Assembly (NCBI GenBank): GCA_963703285.1
Contig: OY969807.1
Coordinates: 583,577 to 607,576 of the forward strand
DNA from: an uncultured Nitrososphaerota archaeon
GTDB taxonomy: Archaea > Thermoproteota > Nitrososphaeria > Nitrososphaerales > Gagatemarchaeaceae
Direction: 5' to 3'
Length of the DNA stretch: 24,000 nt
A model generated the notes under the pieces. That model was given only the letters and a program-made list of their open reading frames with translations. It ran no database searches and was not told the origin of the DNA. Below, piece after piece: positions 15,463-21,172 of this stretch; position 1 is the first letter of the stretch, and each line of letters begins with the position of its first letter. The position numbers and the translations under genes are program-made.

Positions 15463-15466
15463 CGCT

Positions 15467-15835
15467 ATGGCGCAGATACTGGTTCGAGTAGATGAGGATT
15501 TGGCGAAGGAGGTTAGGAGGATGGTCAAGGAAAAATACGGGGGAAGAAGAGGTGGTCTGAGCCTGATCGTCGAGGAGGCGCTCCGGAATGCTGTTTCGCC
15601 TCCGGCTGAGATTTCATCGTCCACGCTCCTTGAGGTAATCGACTACGTTTCGAGAGCTTCCAGAGAAGGCCAGCCCAAGGATCAAATACTGACCAATGTC
15701 TTTCTCATGCTGGACCGGGAGTTCGAGCAGAGTATCATCAAGGGGCTAGAAGATCAAGGGAAGGGCAAATACAAGAGCGCCCCGAAGGGGGAAGACCCCG
15801 TCGAGTTTCTTCGGAAGTTGGCCCAGCGAGTATGA
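15467..15835 (+). CDS. Ribbon-helix-helix (CopG-like) antitoxin
   Basis: MAQILVRVDEDLAKEVRRMVKEKYG...LSLIVEEALRN is a typical RHH N-terminus. The start chosen is ATG 15467, because the ORF-track start at 15281 would run through the tRNA-like repeat. Confidence 0.8.
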   Translation: MAQILVRVDEDLAKEVRRMVKEKYGGRRGGLSLIVEEALRNAVSPPAEISSSTLLEVIDYVSRASREGQPKDQILTNVFLMLDREFEQSIIKGLEDQGKGKYKSAPKGEDPVEFLRKLAQRV

Positions 15836-15838
15836 GCT

Positions 15839-16117
15839 TTGCCAAGGCAGATTAGATACACGGACGAATTCGTGATTCGTTTCAAGGAGCTCTCGCGGGG
15901 ACAGCAGTCATTGGTGGAGGAGTCCGTAAGACGAATCCTCTCAGCTGATGATCCAACAGCATTTGCCCATCACTTGGAACGCAGGGCCTACTTCTGTAAC
16001 TGGAGTCACAGAGTGAGGAACAACTTGATAATCGTCTTCGGCTTATCAAAGATGACACTTACATTCCTGTCCACAGGAACTCATTCGCAAGCTTACCGGC
16101 CAAAACCATTAGCCTAG
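15839..16117 (+). CDS. RelE/ParE-superfamily toxin
   Basis: A 92-aa ORF starting 3 nt after the RHH stop. The pattern I.YT..F...F..L.......V...I..L...P......L.......W..RV....IIVF......L.FL..G.H..Y is typical of RelE/YoeB-like toxins. The start is TTG. Confidence 0.7.
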   Translation: MPRQIRYTDEFVIRFKELSRGQQSLVEESVRRILSADDPTAFAHHLERRAYFCNWSHRVRNNLIIVFGLSKMTLTFLSTGTHSQAYRPKPLA

Positions 16118-16183
16118 GAGTCCCCAGAGCTCAGGCAATCGTTGGACTTGAGCCCCCCTAACCTGCTGCGACCCCTGACACCG

Positions 16184-16231
16184 AAGGGAACTGTTGGGGG
16201 TACCTCGTGTTCGAATGCCCTCCCTTCCGTA
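16184..16231 (+). repeat. Decayed copy of the tRNA-Leu 3' end (copy 4 of 4, most degenerate)
   Basis: The sequence is AAGGGAACTGTTGGGGGTACCTCGTG-TTCGAAT-GCCCTCCCTTCCGTA. The 33-mer is identical to copy 3, and the tail keeps only about 10 of 13 matches to CCCACCCCCCGCA. Confidence 0.65.
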
Positions 16232-16417
16232 CAAACGGCTAGGAGATTCTAACGGTCGCATGCAGCGTAGAGTGTGGAGCAGAACCCTCCGGCGGAACTG
16301 GCTTACAGTGACACAATCTGCCAAGTCTGAAAACCTGTCAATACGTCACTGTAATCACAGCTCATGGTCAGGGTTGCCAAAAGGGTGCTGCGCGGTAAGA
16401 CTTTCGCCCAGGCGATT

Positions 16418-16439
16418 CCTACCTCTCGGTAGGATAAAG
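16418..16439 (+). promoter_or_regulatory. Perfect 6-bp hairpin/inverted repeat abutting a TATA-like ATAAAG upstream of the second AbrB-PIN pair
   Basis: CCTACC-TCTC-GGTAGG lies at 16418-16433, followed by ATAAAG at 16434-16439. ATG 16471 is 32 nt downstream. Confidence 0.35.
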
Positions 16440-16470
16440 TTCAAATGTGAGTTCATACCTCCTTCCTCAC

Positions 16471-16731
16471 ATGTCAGCCAAGCGAACCGTGGGAGCGAAG
16501 GGCCAGGTTGTAATCCCCAAGGACATGCGAGACCAGCTTGGGATCTCTCCTGGTTCAGAGATAGTCTTCGACCTCAGGGACGATAAGATTACGATCCGAC
16601 CCGGGAGGGACCCGGCGAGCGAGGTCGAGGCGTACCTCTCGGTGATAAAGGACAAACTGAAGAAAGAGGTCGACCTAAAGAAGATCATCGAAGAGGAGTC
16701 GTTTGTCGCGAATGATCTACCTGGACAGTAG
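16471..16731 (+). CDS. vapB: AbrB/SpoVT-family antitoxin (VapB-like)
   Basis: MSAKRTVGAKGQVVIPKDMRDQLGISPGSEIVF is an SpoVT-AbrB domain. It overlaps the following PIN gene by 20 nt. Confidence 0.85.
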   Translation: MSAKRTVGAKGQVVIPKDMRDQLGISPGSEIVFDLRDDKITIRPGRDPASEVEAYLSVIKDKLKKEVDLKKIIEEESFVANDLPGQ

Positions 16732-17119
16732 CATCTTCCTTTCCGCGGCTCTCTACGATCCAAAAGCTTCGGCATCCGCAAGTAGAGCCAGGGCGGCCCT
16801 CAAGCGACTCCCCAGCGGGGAGATTGAAGCCTGCACGGCGACGCTCACCTGGGACGAGGTTGTCTGGACCGTTCGAAGGCTCGTCGGCGCAAAGGAGGCT
16901 CTCGACCAGGGAAGGGCCCTCCTACGCCTCCCCCGGCTCAGGCTCCTCTCGGTGGACTCGGATGCCCTCGCGAGAGCCCAGGAAATCGCGGAGGAGGACC
17001 ACCTCAAGCCCAGGGACGCGATACACGCCGCAGTCGCCTTGAACAACGGCGTCAGGGACTTCATGAGCTTCGACGGCGAATTCTCCGATGTCAGGGGCGT
17101 CAGGAGAATTGAGCCGTAA
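16712..17119 (+). CDS. vapC: PIN-domain toxin (VapC-like)
   Basis: The PIN acidic positions are in MIYLDSSIFL, TWDEV, PRDAIHAAVA and SFDGEF. The start chosen is ATG 16712. Confidence 0.85.
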   Translation: MIYLDSSIFLSAALYDPKASASASRARAALKRLPSGEIEACTATLTWDEVVWTVRRLVGAKEALDQGRALLRLPRLRLLSVDSDALARAQEIAEEDHLKPRDAIHAAVALNNGVRDFMSFDGEFSDVRGVRRIEP

Positions 17120-17176
17120 CGGGCCGTCTATACCCCCGGTCTGGACCCCGCGTCTAGATGCGGCATTCTTCCGCCC

Positions 17177-17182
17177 TATATA
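17177..17182 (+). promoter_or_regulatory. TATATA box upstream of the secreted-protein gene
   Basis: CCCTATATAGC is centred about 34 nt upstream of ATG 17214. Confidence 0.35.
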
Positions 17183-17213
17183 GCATCCAGCAGTTCTGCA
17201 GCCCTGACGACAT

Positions 17214-17795
17214 ATGAAGACAGCGAAAGTCGCAGCAATCGGCGCAGCCTCCATCTTCGCGGTGGTAGCGCTGCTCCTCGCAGTCCCGGCAATGGCAGCC
17301 ACGCAGAACACATCCCTGATAGCCAACACATCCACCACGGGCGCGACCACCTCGGTGGTCCCCGCCCCGACGACCCTCTCGCCCGGTCAGACCATAACCT
17401 TCACCAGCACCACAGGTGCCTGGAAGGTCATAGCGTCCCCGTCCGCGGTCGAGAAGGTCAAGTCAGGTCCGGCGTCCGGCACGATGACCCTCACCGTGAC
17501 AGGCGCCTACAAGGGCGGGTACGCCCTCTCCCTGACGTCGGGCTCCGTCTCAATCAACGGGACGACCTACGCCTTCGGACCCGGCTCGGCTGAGATGGGC
17601 CCGCACCAGGCTCACCTGGTCGGCCAGGGCACCCTCGCCACAACCACCGCCTCCGCCACCCGAGGCTCGTTCCTCTTCGCGGCTGGCGCGCACGCCAACT
17701 TCCAGGGGTCGACCTACAACACACTGCGCCTAGACGTACAAGTGAACGGACAGGAGTACGGCGTCCTCCTCTTGGTGACCGCAACGGTCTCCTAG
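17214..17795 (+). CDS. Secreted Thr/Ser/Gly-rich beta-type protein with a Sec signal peptide
   Basis: The N-terminus MKTAKVAAIGAASIFAVVALLLAVPAMA-ATQ is a signal peptide with an AxA cleavage site. The mature part has low complexity and is T/S/G-rich. No family recognised. Confidence 0.7.
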   Translation: MKTAKVAAIGAASIFAVVALLLAVPAMAATQNTSLIANTSTTGATTSVVPAPTTLSPGQTITFTSTTGAWKVIASPSAVEKVKSGPASGTMTLTVTGAYKGGYALSLTSGSVSINGTTYAFGPGSAEMGPHQAHLVGQGTLATTTASATRGSFLFAAGAHANFQGSTYNTLRLDVQVNGQEYGVLLLVTATVS

Positions 17796-17822
17796 GGGAC
17801 GCCCCTCCTTCCTCCCCTTTTT
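17795..17822 (+). terminator. Short GC hairpin plus T5 run
   Basis: GGGG-ACG-CCCC at 17795-17805 is followed by a pyrimidine tract ending in TTTTT (17818-17822), directly after the stop codon. Confidence 0.35.
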
Positions 17823-17932
17823 GTGATGAAATACCAGTGCTCTCAAGGCTATAGACACGCGAGATGCGCCACCGGACGCGAATCCAATGGCGACTTCGAT
17901 GGTCTGGAAACCGGCGGAGCGCGTCGGCTGCC

Positions 17933-20243
17933 CTAGGAAAGCGGCGCCGTGAACGAGCGCGAGAACGTCAGCCCTATCGCCGTGGTAACGGTGACCGTGT
18001 AGATCTGCCCCGGGATCCAGTCGAAGGACTCCGCCATGATTATCTTCTGCCCGGGGCTGAAGTAGAAGTTGGAAGCGAAGTTGGAGGTCGAGCGCGGCGC
18101 CAGGCCCCGTTATCACCAGCGAGAGCAGCTTGATGTCCGTGTTGCTTAGGTTCTTGAGTTCCACGACGGCCCTGGTCTCGTTGAAGGTCTGGATGACGGC
18201 GTAGATGGAGACCTTGACGGTGTAGGGCGTGAGCGGCTCCGTGCAGGCGTACGCAGGCGCGGGGCAGGCGGACGACGTGGCGTTTATCCTGATGTTCAGG
18301 TCCCCAGTCTCAGGCACCCCGACCTTCGTGTAGGTCGTCGAGTTGACGTAATACGCGGCCTGTGGAAGGGGTATGACGGTGTCTATCACGCTGGCGTTGG
18401 TGGTCGAGGCGGACCCGAACTGCGCCCAGAGCACGGGGTTGTAGACGAAACGCGAGTTGTCCGAGACGAACGCGTAGATCGTCGTGTTCTGGGGCGCGCT
18501 CGTCATGTTGACACCGAGCTCGAGCCCCTGTACCTGGTTGTAGCTCAGCCCGGTCGGAAGCTCGAAGGTCTGCGACCCGTAGTAGGTCGCGGGGTCCGGC
18601 TTCAGAGCTAGCCCCACGTTGTCTAGGTAGACCGACAGGGCGGGAGGATAGCCCGCCGACTCGGGGAACTGGCCCGGAACCGTCATCGCCACAGATATCG
18701 TGAGGGTGTAGGTGCCCGCGTACCATCCTCCTCCCGCGGTGGTCCACGACACGGGCGGGATGAAGCAGGCGTCGCTCGTGACCCACCCGGAGGGCCCGAA
18801 GTCGTTCTGGACGGTGGGGTTCACGTAGTAATAGTCGCTGGGGCTCGCGCCGCACGAGGTCCCGCCAATCGGAAGTTCGATCGTTCCCTTCGGTCCCTGG
18901 AGGTAGACCTGGTAGAGGACGAGGGAGTCGCGGGGGGCGTTGATCGACGCCATGTCGCTGTCCCAAGTCAGCGTGCAGCACTTGGACCCGGCGATGTTGG
19001 CCGCCGTCGCCTGGTCGAGATAGAAGGACGTGGTGAAGTCCGCGGTGCTCGTGAGCTGCTGGCCGTCCGAAATCGGCACCGAGTTGAACGATGGCTCGAA
19101 GGTCGCATACAGGCTCCCCGGCGCGCTCTCCGAGGACGCAACGAGCGTGTTGCTGTCGTAGCCCGCGGACATCCCGCTGGGGGTGAGGGGCTGCGACGGG
19201 GCCGGGTTGATGGCGGCGATGGACGTTCCCGGCCCGAGCGCAACGATGATGAAGTTATCGTTTCCCGTTGGGGTTGGAGCGGGGTTGAACGCCGAGCCGG
19301 TCGTTATCGTCATTCCGCCGTTGCCGATGATCTCCAGACTTTGGCCCATCGCTGGTCCTGAGGTGTACTGAAGGAAGTCACCAAACCACTGGGCCGCCGT
19401 CCAAGTTGCTGCTGCGTCAGTTAGAATCGTGGGCGAAGCTGCCGTCGTGGTACCACTGAAGAGGGGGGAAGCCACCGTGGCGTTGACAGTTGCTATGGCC
19501 GTGTCGGTGAACGGGAGCATGCTGTTCTTCAGCCAAGACACGACGACGGTCATGTAGAACGTCCCGTGGGCATTTGGAACGCTCGCGGACCAGTCGAATG
19601 TCTGACTCCCACCGTTCGGCCCTATTTCGAAGGGAAGGCTCGAGAGCCACGTGATGTTATTGCCCGTTACGTTCGGCGGGCCGGTCGCGAGGAACGTGGA
19701 GCCCCAGTTCACGGTCGTCGGTTGCGGGACCGGGACCGTCCACTGCGAGTCCACAAGGAGCGAGACCTTAGCGATCCCGTACGGCGAGCCGAGCGGATCA
19801 CCATTCGTCACGGTTAGCGTAAACGGGACTGTGGAGGGCGAAGAGGAGGAGGGGTAGATGTTCTGCGGGCTCGTCTGGACAGAGCCGGTGTCGCTCACTG
19901 GAGTGTAGCTGCGCGACGTCGTCCATCCGTCCATGTTCGACGTGAAGTTCATGTTGCTGATGGGCAGGATCGGGTTCTGCTGGTTGTTCTGGCTCAGCGT
20001 GACGGAGCCGGTCGTCGCGTAGTTGAACGAGCTGTACGAAGTCAAACCGCCGAACACGATGTCCTGTACGCCAACCGCCTGCGCCTGGGCGCTGAGCGTG
20101 CTCGCGTTGGACGTGTGCTGACCGTCCACGTAGCTGTTGAAGGTCCCGAACATCGTCGCGAGGGCGCCGACCATCAGCACGACTATCAGGATGAAGAAGA
20201 CCGCGCCGACGATGTTGGCTATCCCTGATCTTCTCGCTCTCAT
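17933..20243 (-). CDS. Large extracellular protein with an archaeal type IV pilin-like (class III signal) N-terminus. The reading frame is interrupted near 18085-18109.
   Basis: The start chosen is ATG 20243 (MRARRSGIANIVGAVFFILIVVLMVGALATMF), 2 nt after the upstream gene's stop. The body is T/S/N/P-rich. After ...LVITGPGAA the ORF-track frame decays into Arg/His/Leu-rich sequence and overlaps the convergent gene. A one-base shift gives STSNFASNFYFSPGQKIIMAESFDWIPGQIYTVTVTTAIGLTFSRSFTAPLS, stopping at 17933-17935. Confidence 0.75.
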
Positions 20244-20245
20244 TC

Positions 20246-21127
20246 TCAAATCGCCGCGAGGTATCCGGTGAAGTACAGCAACAGCAGCACGGCGAGCGGC
20301 ACGAAGACCACGGCCCAAAGGACTTTGTTCCACCTTAAGACCTTAGCCCCGTCCAGGGGCATCACGGGAAGCATGTTGAAAGCCCCCAGGAAGACGTTGA
20401 AGTACGAGCCGAGGAAGCCGGCGAGGAAGAGATAGGGGTTGTTCAGGTCCAGCCCGACCACATACAACGGCACGAAGAGGACCGCGATGATGACGTTGGT
20501 AAGCGGACCGGCGAATGAGATTATCCCGTTCTCCTTGGTCCTTATGCCGTAACCTTCTATGTAGGTAGCCCCCGGCGCGGCGAATACGAAGCCGGTGAAT
20601 GTCGAGATGACGAGCGCAAGCACAAGGCCCTGTGGCCACATCCGGAACTCCGCCTGGAATCCGTATCTCTGCGAAGTAAACTTGTGCATCAGCTCATGCA
20701 GTACGAACCCCGCGCCTACAGTCCCGAGCGCCATCACGAGCACCAGAGCTGTGGGTATGACCGTATGCGGCGAATTGGGGGCGCAGGTCAGAGCGACCGG
20801 GTTGCAGACGCCAATGACGTAGGCAAAGCCTTGGATGAGACCCCCGGTTTCTGCAATCGTGAACGCGGTCCCCAGGGCCAGCCATGCGATGATGATGTCC
20901 CTCACCTCGTGGCGCGTGAATGACATGGATATCGGCCTCCGGCCCGCTGAGACCGCGGCGTCGCTCCACGAGAAGGTGGAGGCGGTCGTCTCGGCCACCG
21001 GCCTACGGGAGAGGTCTCCGGTGCACCTGTGCGACTCGGGGAGCCTGTGTTCCCCGCAGAACACGCCGCCGCAGTAGTTGCAGACGAAGGGCAGGGACTC
21101 CTCCTTGCCGCAGTACTGACAGTTCAA
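20246..21127 (-). CDS. AN1-type zinc finger fused to an M50 (site-2 protease-like) membrane metalloprotease
   Basis: The N-terminus CQYCGKEESLPFVCNYCGGVFCGEHRLPESHRC matches the AN1 Cys/His pattern. The HExxH motif is in a TM helix (FVLHELMHKF), and the second M50 motif is FNMLPVMPLDG. There are multiple TM segments. The start is TTG. Confidence 0.85.
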   Translation of the reverse strand: MNCQYCGKEESLPFVCNYCGGVFCGEHRLPESHRCTGDLSRRPVAETTASTFSWSDAAVSAGRRPISMSFTRHEVRDIIIAWLALGTAFTIAETGGLIQGFAYVIGVCNPVALTCAPNSPHTVIPTALVLVMALGTVGAGFVLHELMHKFTSQRYGFQAEFRMWPQGLVLALVISTFTGFVFAAPGATYIEGYGIRTKENGIISFAGPLTNVIIAVLFVPLYVVGLDLNNPYLFLAGFLGSYFNVFLGAFNMLPVMPLDGAKVLRWNKVLWAVVFVPLAVLLLLYFTGYLAAI

Positions 21128-21153
21128 TCGCTATTCGAGCCTTCCTCTGCCCG

Positions 21154-21160
21154 ATATATA
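21154..21160 (-). promoter_or_regulatory. TATATAT box upstream of the AN1-M50 gene
   Basis: The minus strand reads CCGTATATATCGG, with the box about 27 nt upstream of TTG 21127, in the 45-nt gap after the large upstream gene. Confidence 0.3.
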
Positions 21161-21172
21161 CGGTCTCTGTGG

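Noticed and set aside
14507-16231. The three tRNA-like elements (14507-14553, 15326-15374, 16184-16231) as additional functional tRNA genes or split-tRNA 3' halves
   Set aside because: The 5' T-stem strand (TCGTG) cannot pair with CCCAC, CCTAC or GCCCT. No acceptor 5' strand (GCGGGGG), D arm or anticodon arm can be found upstream. Copy 4 lacks a usable acceptor strand. They are treated as decayed tRNA 3'-end repeats instead.
20244-20333. The N-terminal extension of the pilin-signal protein in the ORF track (MEQSPLGRGLRAARRAAVAVLHRIPRGDLR…)
   Set aside because: It overlaps the last 88 nt of the AN1-M50 gene and is Arg/Ala-rich. ATG 20243 lies 2 nt after that gene's stop and begins directly with the class III signal-like sequence.
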